Source of the DNA: Methanobacteriota archaeon | Lineage (GTDB): Archaea > Thermoplasmatota > Poseidoniia > Poseidoniales > Poseidoniaceae | DNA: 64,000 nucleotides | Reading direction: 5' to 3' | Assembly: GCA_002722615.1 (NCBI GenBank) | Contig: PBMQ01000007.1 | Coordinates: forward strand, 29,228-93,227 | Part shown: in pieces, positions 52,915 to 62,505 of the stretch | How the letters are laid out: each line of letters opens with the position of its first letter | How positions within the stretch are numbered: position 1 is the stretch's first letter | Made by a program: the position numbers and the translations under genes | The notes under the pieces: generated by a model | Seen by the model: the letters and a program-made list of their open reading frames with translations, nothing else | What the model was told of the DNA's origin: nothing | Databases searched by the model: none

Positions 52915-53337
52915 ATGGGCCGATTCCATCTCCACTTGCACGGGCGTATCAAAGATTCAGCACTGAAATCCCTCTTAGAAACCTATGAGGTGCGAATGAA
53001 AAATACAGGAATCACGGTGCATGTCCATACCGACGAGCTAGGAAAATACATTTCGAAACTTGAATCCATGTCAGGTCAACTGTTTCTTCTTGACGAGAAA
53101 GGTTCGATGTTCTCGTCAGTCGATTTTGCTGAGAAGATTCAGGCGTGGTCGCTGCTTCCAACGGATACACACTTCGCAATCGGACCTCCGGATGGGTGGG
53201 AAAACCGAGGACAAAATCTTCCTCGAATTTCGCTTTCCAAAATGACATTTCCACACGAATTTGTTGCCGTTCTTATGATGGAGCAATTGTACAGATCTCA
53301 GCAGATCATCAAAGGTACATCCTATCACAAGGCTTGA
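52915..53337 (+). CDS. rlmH: 23S rRNA (pseudouridine-N3)-methyltransferase RlmH-like (SPOUT)
   Basis: LFLLDEKGSMFSSVDFAEKI, HFAIGPPDGW and RISLSKMTFPHEFVAVLMMEQLYRSQQIIKGTSYHK closely follow the RlmH consensus (..LDe.G..sS..fA..; fvIGG..G; SLS.mT.pH...R..l.EQlYRa..I..g..YHk). The start is ATG 52915; the track ORF starts at 52828. Confidence 0.8.
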   Translation: MGRFHLHLHGRIKDSALKSLLETYEVRMKNTGITVHVHTDELGKYISKLESMSGQLFLLDEKGSMFSSVDFAEKIQAWSLLPTDTHFAIGPPDGWENRGQNLPRISLSKMTFPHEFVAVLMMEQLYRSQQIIKGTSYHKA

Positions 53338-53373
53338 GCGAATCCTAATCAATAGTGAAACCGAGGCGTTAAC

Positions 53374-54144
53374 ATGGCCGTCCCATTTAGCGATGAGACA
53401 AGTTTGCGATGGGCTCTTCTTGCTTTTGAATTTTTGATTGCTTTTGCTCTAATTTACAACAGTCAAAACCAACCGTTCCCTCGGCCAAGTTTTCGATTTG
53501 GGTGGCTTCTTGTTCTCCTCGCATCATTGATTCTTATTGGACAAGCAGCACCTAGGCCTATGACTGTTTACGCTCACTTGATTATGCTTTCTGGTGTTGG
53601 TGGTTTCGGATTGGTTGCTGGTGTATATCAATTGGCACAAACGCAACGCGATGTTTTGGTTGCCCCGTATGCGGGAATGTTGTTCTGCGTAGGAGTTGTT
53701 GGACTCATGGTTTCAACCTGGGATGATCTCTCGAAGATTGAACAATGGGCTGGTTTCCTAACCATCGTTGTCCTCGGAGGAGGAGAAACATGGCTCATAT
53801 TCAGAGGCCTCCTCATTGGCAAACTTCCGAGAGCTTGGTCGCAAGCGGGGATGGTAGCCTTGATGCAAGGGCGCTTGACGGGGAAAAATGGAGCCATCGA
53901 ATGTTTTGAGAAAGGATGGGATGCTGATGAAGAACATCTTAACCCAATGGCATATGTTGCTTTACACCGAATTCACACCTTCTTAGGTCAACATGAAGAA
54001 GCGGAAATCTGGAAGGAATACCTTGAGAGGGAAGGAGGAGAATCAGCAGTAGCCTCTGAGTACATCCGCGCTATTCACGACGCATTAGCCGATTTGGATT
54101 CAGAAGCCGCTCAACGATTGCCTCAATTCACCGAAGAAGAATGA
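53374..54144 (+). CDS. membrane protein (about five TM helices) with a soluble helical C-terminal domain
   Basis: Hydrophobic helices span aa 10-150. The C-terminal ~90 aa are helical and acidic (..FEKGWDADEEHLNPMAYVALHRIHTFLGQHEEAEIWKEYLE..), resembling one TPR-like hairpin. Confidence 0.5.
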   Translation: MAVPFSDETSLRWALLAFEFLIAFALIYNSQNQPFPRPSFRFGWLLVLLASLILIGQAAPRPMTVYAHLIMLSGVGGFGLVAGVYQLAQTQRDVLVAPYAGMLFCVGVVGLMVSTWDDLSKIEQWAGFLTIVVLGGGETWLIFRGLLIGKLPRAWSQAGMVALMQGRLTGKNGAIECFEKGWDADEEHLNPMAYVALHRIHTFLGQHEEAEIWKEYLEREGGESAVASEYIRAIHDALADLDSEAAQRLPQFTEEE

Positions 54145-54229
54145 CGGCTTTGAGTCCTGATTTCCATAATCTTTCAAGTTCTAAACAAAAACGAGTTAAT
54201 TTAAAGAACGTAAAGGTTGATATAATCAC

Positions 54230-54487
54230 ATGAACAGTCAAATCCCCAAGAATATTCTTTTCTGGATGGTCATGAGTTGGGCTGCTGCAAACTTGTTTGC
54301 ACAAGCGGTCTACATCGGTTTCAATGGAGTTCCATTCGATGGAATTGCAATGATTGATTCATTGGGAAGTTGGTATTATGCACTCATATTCATTGAAATC
54401 GCCGTCTGGATGTACGTAGCGGTCTATTTCGGAAAGCGCCTTCTTACGAAGTTCAATTCACCTGCGCAAATTCAAATCAACCATTGA
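54230..54487 (+). CDS. small two-TM membrane protein
   Basis: This 85-aa protein has two hydrophobic helices (ILFWMVMSWAAANLFAQAVYIGF and WYYALIFIEIAVWMYVAVYF). Confidence 0.4.
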   Translation: MNSQIPKNILFWMVMSWAAANLFAQAVYIGFNGVPFDGIAMIDSLGSWYYALIFIEIAVWMYVAVYFGKRLLTKFNSPAQIQINH

Positions 54488-54502
54488 AACAGATGTGGCG
54501 CA

Positions 54503-55033
54503 TTGAATTCTTCCGATGAGATTAAGGGGTGTCAAGAAGAACATGACCTCATGTTCAATCTTGACAGAGAACCACTCTTTTCTGGTCAACCCATGCTGTT
54601 GGAGGATTTGAACCAAGAAGAAATTGAGCGCCTTGACCTTGATAATTTGAGTGTATTAAGCATCGAACAGGTTCGAAAATCACTGCCAGATGTTGAGCGA
54701 CAATTGTCAACTCTACAGGCGATTGTCGATGAGGCCCATGATATGACGGAAGAGATCGAAATACTACTTGAAACACTTCCTCCAGAACACCCTCACGTCG
54801 TTGAAATGTCGGAATTACTCGGTTCGCTTGTTGCTCATTGGCAACAGACGGTAGCGAAAATCGAGGAACAAGGAGCCCGTGTTGCAGGACTTGACCCCGG
54901 GCGAGTTGAATGGCATGGTGTGGTTGACAATCATTTGAAATTGTATTCTTGGACTTGTGGTGAGGATGATATTGAGTGGTACTATGGTCTCGATGAAGGC
55001 TTTTCTTCCCGAAAACCACTCATAGAAGCATGA
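54503..55033 (+). CDS. DUF2203-like hypothetical protein
   Basis: A coiled N-terminal half is followed by ..GARVAGLDPGRVEWHGVVDNHLKLYSWTCGEDDIEWYYGLDEGFSSRKPL. This resembles the DUF2203 end (..GLvDFp....g..v.LCW..GE..I..WH....GF.gR.pi) as I recall it. The track start is TTG; ATG 54551 is an alternative. Confidence 0.45.
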   Translation: MNSSDEIKGCQEEHDLMFNLDREPLFSGQPMLLEDLNQEEIERLDLDNLSVLSIEQVRKSLPDVERQLSTLQAIVDEAHDMTEEIEILLETLPPEHPHVVEMSELLGSLVAHWQQTVAKIEEQGARVAGLDPGRVEWHGVVDNHLKLYSWTCGEDDIEWYYGLDEGFSSRKPLIEA

Positions 55034-55057
55034 ACACCCCTTGACGTAGGGGAGCAT

Positions 55058-55756
55058 ATGGTTCGGATTGATCGAGTTCACACTGGAGGCGGCGATGGAG
55101 GGGAATCCTCACTTGTCGATGGTAGCCGACGTTTGAAATCGGACCACCGATTCTCTGTTGTAGGTGATTGCGACGAACTTAATTCAATCATCGGATTGGT
55201 CCGAATGGAATGTTCTCGCCTTCCAATGCACCATAGCGATGGAGGAGACCGGAAAGGGGCTGGAAGAGTTCACTTCATTTGCGATACAGCACTTGCACGT
55301 GTGCAACATGAACTGTTTGATCTTGGCGCTGAACTTGCATGTCCCCCAGAAAATTTACCCGATTATATGGTGCTAATTGGAGAGAACCAGGCCGATACTC
55401 TCGTCTCTGATATGGACGCATGGCTTACACAAGTTGAACCGTTGACGTCGTTTATTCTTCCAGCAGGTGGACCGCCACAAGCCGTACTCCACCATGCTAG
55501 AACTGTTGCTCGTCGACTGGAGCGAGGCATCGTGAACCTTCGTGAACACGAAGGAGAACAATCTGTACGCCCTCTTGTGTTGACCTACATCAACAGAATG
55601 TCGGATTGGTTGTTCGTCCTTAGTAGATGGATTACTGCGGTTCTAGGTGAGGAAGAGATGCTATGGCTTCCACTCGGTAAACGTGGAAAGGAAGAAGGTA
55701 TAGCAAATTCAATACTAAGGCAAGCTGAACATGATGCCGATTTAGACCATATCTAA
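55058..55756 (+). CDS. ATP:cob(I)alamin adenosyltransferase, PduO/MMAB type
   Basis: RIDRVHTGGGDGGESSLVDGSRRLKSDHRFSVVGDCDELNSIIGL, QHELFDLGAELA, FILPAGGPPQAVLHHARTVARRLER and YINRMSDWLFVLSRW are canonical PduO-type blocks. The protein carries an internal insertion. Confidence 0.85.
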   Translation: MVRIDRVHTGGGDGGESSLVDGSRRLKSDHRFSVVGDCDELNSIIGLVRMECSRLPMHHSDGGDRKGAGRVHFICDTALARVQHELFDLGAELACPPENLPDYMVLIGENQADTLVSDMDAWLTQVEPLTSFILPAGGPPQAVLHHARTVARRLERGIVNLREHEGEQSVRPLVLTYINRMSDWLFVLSRWITAVLGEEEMLWLPLGKRGKEEGIANSILRQAEHDADLDHI

Positions 55757-56157
55757 TTGGAAGATTTTACTTTCTCCCAAGCCCGACGAACAACGGTTCT
55801 TGTCTCATCATGCGTGAGTTGAGCTAGGGCTTGTTCCCAATCAAGCCATAAGTGATCTCGATGTTCGTGTGATAATGTTACGTCAAGCGTATCGGTTTCA
55901 GCAAGGAACCAGAAGACTTCTTTGTCTCGTTTTCTCCCCTTGTGACGGTAACTGTAGGCAGTTCTCTCAACGAAATTCTCATTGAAGTTGAGTTCAGTTA
56001 TTCCAGTCTCTTCTGCAAGTTCTCTGCGTACTGTTGCCAAATGGTCGACATCAGTATCTTCGACGTGACCTTTCGGTAAGTCCCAATGTCCTTGCGGATA
56101 TTGAAGCAACAAGATGCTGTCGATGTTGACGAGAATGACGCCACAGGAAGTCTCCAT
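55753..56157 (-). CDS. NUDIX hydrolase
   Basis: The Nudix box is GHWDLPKGHVEDTDVDHLATVRRELAEETGI (Gx5Ex7REUxEExGU-like). It is 134 aa. Confidence 0.8.
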   Translation of the reverse strand: METSCGVILVNIDSILLLQYPQGHWDLPKGHVEDTDVDHLATVRRELAEETGITELNFNENFVERTAYSYRHKGRKRDKEVFWFLAETDTLDVTLSHEHRDHLWLDWEQALAQLTHDETRTVVRRAWEKVKSSN

Positions 56158-56253
56158 TCTATCCCCTCTGATGAGTCCTGCAAGGAATATCGTTTGATAT
56201 CTTCGCGTCTTGTGTTTGCTTCAAGAGGTTCAATATACGTCGAATTGAGACGA

Positions 56254-57243
56254 ATGGATGTGACAGGCACATCTTCATTTCCGCACGTGCGTAGAATCGT
56301 TGCAGATTCGGATCTCGATGGGATGTGTGCAGCAGTGGTTCTGAAGAAAGCATACCCCGATGCAGAGGTCCATTTTGCGCATGCGGCCCTCATACGGTCT
56401 GGGATAATTGATGATTTAATCGATGAACATACTGTGACGGTTGACCTTCCATTCCACCCGAGAAGTGGTTGGTATCTTGATCATCATTTGACAAACAAAC
56501 CAACCGATTCTGAACATCAGGAATTTACCTCGAAGGGAGGAGTTGTCCATTGGGATCATGCGCCCTCTGCAGCGCGTTTAGCCTTTGAATTGTTCCGGAA
56601 TGAATTCAATTTCCCTCACCTTGAGGAGATTATGCCCCTCGTTGATGATCTTGATTCTGGAGGAATTTCACTAGAGGATTTCCGTAAAGATGGTCCACTT
56701 CTTCAACTTTCAAGGACCTTGAATTATAATGATTCAACATACATGCACCATCTTCTCTTGTTGTTTCAAACGAGTACGTCCATGGATGAAATTTACAACG
56801 ATCCGCTTGTCGGCAAACGAATGAAAGAATCTCGTGAGTCGCGAAAAATACTGATGCAACTTGTTCAGGAAAAAACAACCATCGTCAATCGCCTGGCAAT
56901 CTGTCGGCTCGAAGATACAGGTCATCGATCCAACGGCTACCTCATCACCGCATTTGCAGGGAACGATGCAGATGCTTGTTGCATCATCCATGGATATACT
57001 GATGGCGAGATTGGAAACAAATCACGCCCCCCTCTTTCCGCAAGTTTCTATGCAAACTCATTTTTACCTGAAGGGCAAAACAGGTTCGATTTGTCACGAT
57101 TGGCAACTGAATTTGACGTTCATGGGGGCGGCCATGCAAACGCTTGCGGCTGTCGAATCCAACCACCTGGCATCAAAGCGAATGTGGAGCGCTGGCTTGA
57201 GATGTGGAACAATCGCGATGTAGCGCTGAAGTACCAGGCCTAA
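56254..57243 (+). CDS. DHH/DHHA1-family phosphoesterase (NrnA/RecJ-like)
   Basis: The N-terminus is IVADSDLDGMCAAVVLKKAY (DHH motif I-like DxD). DLPFHP...LDHH is motif III-like. The C-terminal GGGHANACG is the DHHA1 signature. I chose ATG 56254; the track ORF start at 56086 overlaps the Nudix gene. Confidence 0.7.
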   Translation: MDVTGTSSFPHVRRIVADSDLDGMCAAVVLKKAYPDAEVHFAHAALIRSGIIDDLIDEHTVTVDLPFHPRSGWYLDHHLTNKPTDSEHQEFTSKGGVVHWDHAPSAARLAFELFRNEFNFPHLEEIMPLVDDLDSGGISLEDFRKDGPLLQLSRTLNYNDSTYMHHLLLLFQTSTSMDEIYNDPLVGKRMKESRESRKILMQLVQEKTTIVNRLAICRLEDTGHRSNGYLITAFAGNDADACCIIHGYTDGEIGNKSRPPLSASFYANSFLPEGQNRFDLSRLATEFDVHGGGHANACGCRIQPPGIKANVERWLEMWNNRDVALKYQA

Positions 57244-57704
57244 ATCACTTGAAAGGTGTATATGAGTCCCAAAAATGAGTGAATCATAACCAATGCCATC
57301 ATCATGTCTGATGCGCGACCATGTTTTGCTCGTTCAACAGCAAAGGACTTGTTTTCGCTTTTGTTTTTTGCTGTTGAGCGGCCATGTCGGACTACAAGCC
57401 ATAGTAAAACCAGGCCGATTGGGCCAGAAAACCCATGGATGTTTTCCGGCAAAAGGTCAGAAGTCCAGTCACCATTGACGATGATTCCAGAGATCGCCCG
57501 AGCAATAAACGCAATCATTGCTAGTGAAATTCCCGCCCATAGCAAACGCTCTCCGTGTTGCTGATGGCGAGCAAGTGCTGCTTTCCTGTCATCGCCTTTC
57601 AACGTCATTCCTTTCTTCCTCCAACCGTACTGGCGAACGAGCCAGAATACAAAGGCAACAGCAAGGATGGGGTGAATGAGCATGATGATTGTTCTCGTAT
57701 CCAA
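57240..57704 (-). CDS. four-TM membrane protein (function unknown)
   Basis: Four hydrophobic helices are present (IIMLIHPILAVAFVFWLV, LLWAGISLAMIAFIARAISGIIV, GPIGLVLLWLVV, MMMALVMIHSFLGLIYTF). Its 3' end overlaps the DHH gene's stop by 4 nt. Confidence 0.5.
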   Translation of the reverse strand: MDTRTIIMLIHPILAVAFVFWLVRQYGWRKKGMTLKGDDRKAALARHQQHGERLLWAGISLAMIAFIARAISGIIVNGDWTSDLLPENIHGFSGPIGLVLLWLVVRHGRSTAKNKSENKSFAVERAKHGRASDMMMALVMIHSFLGLIYTFQVI

Positions 57705-57819
57705 AAACTCCTTCCCCCTTGTTTAACCGAGACAAGGGTAACTTGAATGGGTTTCTCTTGCCCATGTGACTTCTGCGGTGAGTTCAAAGGGGGTATGCCG
57801 AGGGAATGGTGGGGGCGCT

Positions 57820-60800
57820 ATGCAGGAATCTTATCTCGCAGCCTGTCTTGAAACTGGTTTCAAGACGGTTAAGACTCGACGGCTCAATGCCGTAGGGCGC
57901 TGTCCCGAGTTTACCCTCATGGAGAAACCATGGAAAGAACTGGTCAAACTTGCAGTTCTTGAGACGGAGATTCCAGGCCAAGATGAAGATGGAGAATCGA
58001 TAGCCCCGTCTCCACGATTTCGACGCGGTCGTCGCCGTGGACGGCAACAGTCAACCATTCCCTCGCCAGAGGAAATCAACACGATGACCGATGAGACGCC
58101 TGCTCTTCGTTTCGCACTCTTACTCGTCAATAAATTCCTCCATGCTGAACAATGGTCCGATGACGAACACGGGTTGCTGGAAAACGAAATGAGAACGCAA
58201 TGCCTTGAACAGGGGGTACATCCAGTTTGGCATGAAATGGCAAAGCGATGCGACGTTTTTGGGCAATTTTCGGCTTGCCCAATATCAGAGTCAAAAGTAA
58301 AGTCGACCAATGAAAAACTTGACCTGTCTGAAATTGCAATCGACCCATACGACATCGAATCATGTCTCGAAGTTTTTCGTTCCATACCAGATAGTCACTA
58401 CAGTGCCGAGGAACTCGTTGCAATGAAACGCTTGATAAAGCGCCTATCCTCAGGGAAATGGCCAAATGTTGAATCACAACTTCTAGAGTTTGAAGGAAAT
58501 CTTTCGTTGGTCTCGTTACTTATCGCCCTAAATACAGATGCTTCTCCAGAAGAAATCCTAGAGCGACTTCGCAAATCCAACAAAGATCTTGCAGAACGTT
58601 ATGAATTGGCATTGATACTCACGGGCGGTGATGTTGAATGGGATGATGCTTATCTCTCCCAACAAGACGATGCTTTAGGACAATCTCTTCTCAAGCTGGC
58701 TTGGCTCAATGGCCCTTTAGAAAAAATGAATCCTTCGACATCACAGTTGGAGATTGGTCTTGAATTACTCACTCATGAACAAGCCCCGACCGGCCGAGTT
58801 GACGTTATTCGCTGGAAGATGCTTCAGTGTTATGTCAACGATCAACGCGAGAATGATGCTCTTGAAATCATCAAGTCGATTTCCCTTGAACATGACTCGG
58901 ATGCTTCAGAACTCCTTCCACTTCTCCTTCAACTTGACAATTCTGAAGCATATGCTTGGCTCGAATCAAATTTGATTAACATCGACGAGGGGGGATTAAT
59001 CTCAATCGCTCGTGAAGAAATCGTCCCTATTTCGATGCGTGCACAGGCTTTGATTTTGCTCAAGGAACAAAATGGTGAAGGATGGGGGGAGGTTCAACCT
59101 CTCGCAGTTCATGTATTTGTTCAGACTCTGAACCTGAATGAACTGTCAACCATTCTCTTGGAGGATGATGTGGCTATCCCTACGCATCCGCACGAGACAC
59201 TGATTGTAGCTCATTTGTTGAGCGCTCATCACGAGGAATCCAATTGGAAACTGGCTCGAAAGGCTCGAAAGATTGCCTTACAAGTGGTCCAATCAACAGA
59301 TGTTCCAGCGTCTATTAGCGATGACGAGCACAAACTCCTGCTGTTGTTGGAGGGGCGAATCGAGGAGTCAGTGAACAAACTAACATTAACAGATACACTA
59401 CCTAAAAACGGAATCAAAGCCATCAATCAGATTGTGAATGCTCTATCTTCTGGAGGATCTCATCTCGTTGATGAGAAGCATCTCAACAACCTCTTGGATT
59501 CGTTAGATGAAGGAAAGATAACTGGTTTGGGAGAATCCCTCCTCCGCACCATTACATCGAAATTACGTCTCAACAATGCTCGTTTATCTTTGGAGAGAGG
59601 TGATGATTCCTCAGTTGTTATCGAAACACTCGAAACAGTTCTCAGTCAACCAAATATTCCCTACCCGATTGTCGATGGAGTTCGAGAACTGATGTACGAA
59701 TTCGACCTCGGAATCGAGGCATTGGTTCAGTGGTATCAACAAAATCATCAACGTTCAATTTGGGCACTTCTCGCTCAAGCAACCCTCGAAGCATCGAATG
59801 GTAGCAACCTTTCAGCTGCTCGTCTTTTCAAGCGTTCAGCCGACTCAAAATTCTTTGATTACGATGAGGAAATCATGCTGTATAGAAAGGCGCTGATTCA
59901 TTTTGCATTCGATCAAAAGTGGGGAGAGGCAAAACAACTCCTTTCAGAGCATCCGAATTTAAGAGCAGCCATCACCAAACGATTCCAACTTTATCTTGAT
60001 GTATCTCATCGAGCATCAATTCAAGAAACAGCAAAGGCCACGTCAATGTTGAAGAATTTCGTCAAGCGACAAGAAATTATTGTCGAAGAAACGGAGGAAG
60101 GAGAGCGCACTCGAACGAGGACAGTTTTCAAAGTAGACGAGCTTGACTTGCTCCACACCTACCCTGACGAGCATCCAAAACCACTCCCTCGAGAACCGTT
60201 CACAGGGCGACTTCTAGCGGCTACAAATGCGTTGCAGCGTGATTACCGTACTCAAAGTTCGAAATCATTCGATCGCCGATATCGCGACATTATGTTGATG
60301 CGCAGTCCAGATGCAATGGAAATACATACGCTGGCACAACAAGCAAGTGAAAGTTCTCCTCTTGATGCATTACGCATTCTCGAACGCGCCCAACTTTCTG
60401 GCCGATTCATAAATCGAAACAAATCCTTTGCCAATTTAGAATTGATGTTGTTCCGCCGATTTCAATCTGAGATCCGTACATCGGATCGTCGATATCTTCG
60501 ACATCTTCCTCTAAAACCACTGGTCTTAGTTGACACAAACATCGTTATCGACGCACTTTACCAGAGAATTCAGGAAAAACTCAACCGTTCAAATCATTTC
60601 GAGGACTCCACAAATCAGCGCTCCCACTTTGCTGGTTACCTGCAATACCTTGCAGCAAACGGCAAGGTTGACCTTTGGTTGCCAAAGGTTGTTCGAGGAG
60701 AAATCGAAAACATTGCCCGTTCAATTGACGACATTCGTTCTCGATTCGAGAATTCTCTCGTTGACAATGTAGTACTTGACTCAATCATATCGACTGAGAA

Positions 60801-61209
60801 CATGAAGAAGATTGTCGATGAAATCATCTCCGAATTTAGTACGTGGGATGGTAATTCTGAAGAAATAGAAACCGAGGCTATTGGTGATGAAGTGAAGGCT
60901 TCAATGAATGAATTCTTGACACAACACAGCGAAATTTACGACGAGTTGACAAAAATGCGTCAACATTATCCTGGTAAGAACATCCGAACAGAGATTGATG
61001 GAAAGAAAATCTATCCTCAGAAGCCAGATCGTAAGATTATGCAATATGCGGCGGTGCTTTCATCGCAACCAATCGATAACGTTGGTTCCATCGTTGTTGC
61101 AACACATGATGGTGACTTTACTGTCGTTGCACGAGCCTTTGAGGAACGGTTTGGCTTTGGTATTGCCAAGAACAGTCGGACATTGAAGCAATGGCTTCGT
61201 GAATCCTAA
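57820..61209 (+). CDS. large helical-repeat protein with an N-proximal Arg-rich patch and a C-terminal PIN-like nuclease domain carrying a long insertion
   Basis: The Arg-rich patch is PRFRRGRRRGRQQ (nt ~58015-58050). About 800 aa of helix-rich, TPR-like sequence follows. The PIN blocks are PLVLVDTNIVIDALYQ (nt ~60517), LWLPKVVRGEIENI, QKPDRKIMQYAAVL and IVVATHDGDFTVVA. I chose ATG 57820; the track ORF begins at GTG 57766. Confidence 0.7.
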   Translation: MQESYLAACLETGFKTVKTRRLNAVGRCPEFTLMEKPWKELVKLAVLETEIPGQDEDGESIAPSPRFRRGRRRGRQQSTIPSPEEINTMTDETPALRFALLLVNKFLHAEQWSDDEHGLLENEMRTQCLEQGVHPVWHEMAKRCDVFGQFSACPISESKVKSTNEKLDLSEIAIDPYDIESCLEVFRSIPDSHYSAEELVAMKRLIKRLSSGKWPNVESQLLEFEGNLSLVSLLIALNTDASPEEILERLRKSNKDLAERYELALILTGGDVEWDDAYLSQQDDALGQSLLKLAWLNGPLEKMNPSTSQLEIGLELLTHEQAPTGRVDVIRWKMLQCYVNDQRENDALEIIKSISLEHDSDASELLPLLLQLDNSEAYAWLESNLINIDEGGLISIAREEIVPISMRAQALILLKEQNGEGWGEVQPLAVHVFVQTLNLNELSTILLEDDVAIPTHPHETLIVAHLLSAHHEESNWKLARKARKIALQVVQSTDVPASISDDEHKLLLLLEGRIEESVNKLTLTDTLPKNGIKAINQIVNALSSGGSHLVDEKHLNNLLDSLDEGKITGLGESLLRTITSKLRLNNARLSLERGDDSSVVIETLETVLSQPNIPYPIVDGVRELMYEFDLGIEALVQWYQQNHQRSIWALLAQATLEASNGSNLSAARLFKRSADSKFFDYDEEIMLYRKALIHFAFDQKWGEAKQLLSEHPNLRAAITKRFQLYLDVSHRASIQETAKATSMLKNFVKRQEIIVEETEEGERTRTRTVFKVDELDLLHTYPDEHPKPLPREPFTGRLLAATNALQRDYRTQSSKSFDRRYRDIMLMRSPDAMEIHTLAQQASESSPLDALRILERAQLSGRFINRNKSFANLELMLFRRFQSEIRTSDRRYLRHLPLKPLVLVDTNIVIDALYQRIQEKLNRSNHFEDSTNQRSHFAGYLQYLAANGKVDLWLPKVVRGEIENIARSIDDIRSRFENSLVDNVVLDSIISTENMKKIVDEIISEFSTWDGNSEEIETEAIGDEVKASMNEFLTQHSEIYDELTKMRQHYPGKNIRTEIDGKKIYPQKPDRKIMQYAAVLSSQPIDNVGSIVVATHDGDFTVVARAFEERFGFGIAKNSRTLKQWLRES
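60515..61209 (+). other. PIN-like domain (within the 1147-aa CDS)
   Basis: Four acidic positions occur in the expected order: D in VDTN, E in GEIEN, D in PDRKIM and D in THDGDF. A ~90-aa helical insertion lies between the second and third. Confidence 0.6.
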
Positions 61210-61220
61210 GCGCTGATGCT

Positions 61221-62456
61221 TCACATGTGTTGCACGAGTGCTTCTCCAAATGCTGAACAGGACAACAATGTTGCATCGTCCATCAAGCGCTCAAAGTCAT
61301 AAGTGACGGTTTTCGCACTGATTGCTCCTTCCATGCCCTTAACGATGAGGTCTGCTGCATCATTCCAACCCATATGTCGGAGCATCATTTCAGCTGAGAG
61401 GATAAGTGAACCAGGGTTTACTTTGTCTTGTCCAGCGTACTTTGGTGCTGTTCCGTGAGTAGCCTCAAAGATGGAAATTCCAGTGTCATAGTTGATGTTT
61501 GCACCCGGCGCAATTCCAATTCCTCCAACTTGTGCAGCAAGAGCATCCGAGATGTAGTCTCCATTGAGATTCATTGTCGCGAGAACACTATATTCAGCAG
61601 GACGTGTAATGATCTGTTGAAGCATTGCATCAGCAATAACGTCCTTAACAATAATTTCGTTGCCCGTTTTTGGGTTTGTCATGGTACACCATGGCCCGCC
61701 ATCAAGTTCAACAGCTCCGAATTCTTCTTGCGCAAGTAAGTACCCCCAATCGCGGAATCCTCCCTCTGTGAATTTCATGATGTTGCCTTTGTGAACTAGA
61801 GTTACACTGTCCTTATCGTTGTCAATTGCATATTGCAATGCTGCACGAACGATTCGATTGGTACCCTCTTGGCTGATTGGCTTAATTCCAATTCCTGAAG
61901 TATTTGGGAAACGAATCTTGTCAACACCCATTTCGTTAGTCAAGAAGTCGATAAGTTTCTTCACGCCTTCGGAGCCTGCTTCCCATTCGATACCGGCATA
62001 AACATCTTCACTGTTCTCTCGAAATATGATCATGTCAACATCACCAGGTGTCTTGACGGGCGATGGTGTGCCATCGTACCATCGAACAGGGCGTACGCAT
62101 GCGAAGAGATCTAACTTCTGGCGAAGAGCAACATTGAGTGACCGAATTCCTCCACCAACTGGGGTTGTTAGAGGCCCTTTAATCGATACAAGCCCAGTAC
62201 GCATTGCATCCAATGTAGCCTCAGGTAACCATTCTCCAGTTGCGTTGAAGGCTTTCTCACCTGCAAGGACCTCATTCCATGCAATGCTCTTTTCTCCACC
62301 GTAGGCTTTTGCAACAGCAGCATCAACCACTGAAATCATGACTGGGCTGATATCCACGCCAATTCCATCACCTTCAATGTAGTGAATAGTCGGATTGTTT
62401 GGGATGTGTAGTTTTCCGTTTTGCATGACAACAGGTTCTCCGCTCATAGTTCTCAA
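61221..62456 (-). CDS. icd: NADP-dependent isocitrate dehydrogenase
   Basis: [71 protein letters not shown] and [18 protein letters not shown] are classic Icd blocks. Confidence 0.9.
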   Translation of the reverse strand: MRTMSGEPVVMQNGKLHIPNNPTIHYIEGDGIGVDISPVMISVVDAAVAKAYGGEKSIAWNEVLAGEKAFNATGEWLPEATLDAMRTGLVSIKGPLTTPVGGGIRSLNVALRQKLDLFACVRPVRWYDGTPSPVKTPGDVDMIIFRENSEDVYAGIEWEAGSEGVKKLIDFLTNEMGVDKIRFPNTSGIGIKPISQEGTNRIVRAALQYAIDNDKDSVTLVHKGNIMKFTEGGFRDWGYLLAQEEFGAVELDGGPWCTMTNPKTGNEIIVKDVIADAMLQQIITRPAEYSVLATMNLNGDYISDALAAQVGGIGIAPGANINYDTGISIFEATHGTAPKYAGQDKVNPGSLILSAEMMLRHMGWNDAADLIVKGMEGAISAKTVTYDFERLMDDATLLSCSAFGEALVQHM

Positions 62457-62505
62457 ACACGTCCACCCATAACCACTTCAAGAACCAACCGATGCGATAG
62501 TTTCT

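Noticed and set aside
56086-56253. 56-codon N-terminal extension of the DHH phosphoesterase ORF overlapping the Nudix gene by 72 nt
   Set aside because: The DHH homology (IVADSDLDGM) starts just after ATG 56254. The extension would create a long divergent overlap with the Nudix coding region.
57831-58385. 184-aa minus-strand ORF at the 5' end of the PIN-protein gene
   Set aside because: It is an antisense frame with a Ser/Arg-rich product. The plus-strand ORF is continuous for 3.4 kb with coherent domain signals.
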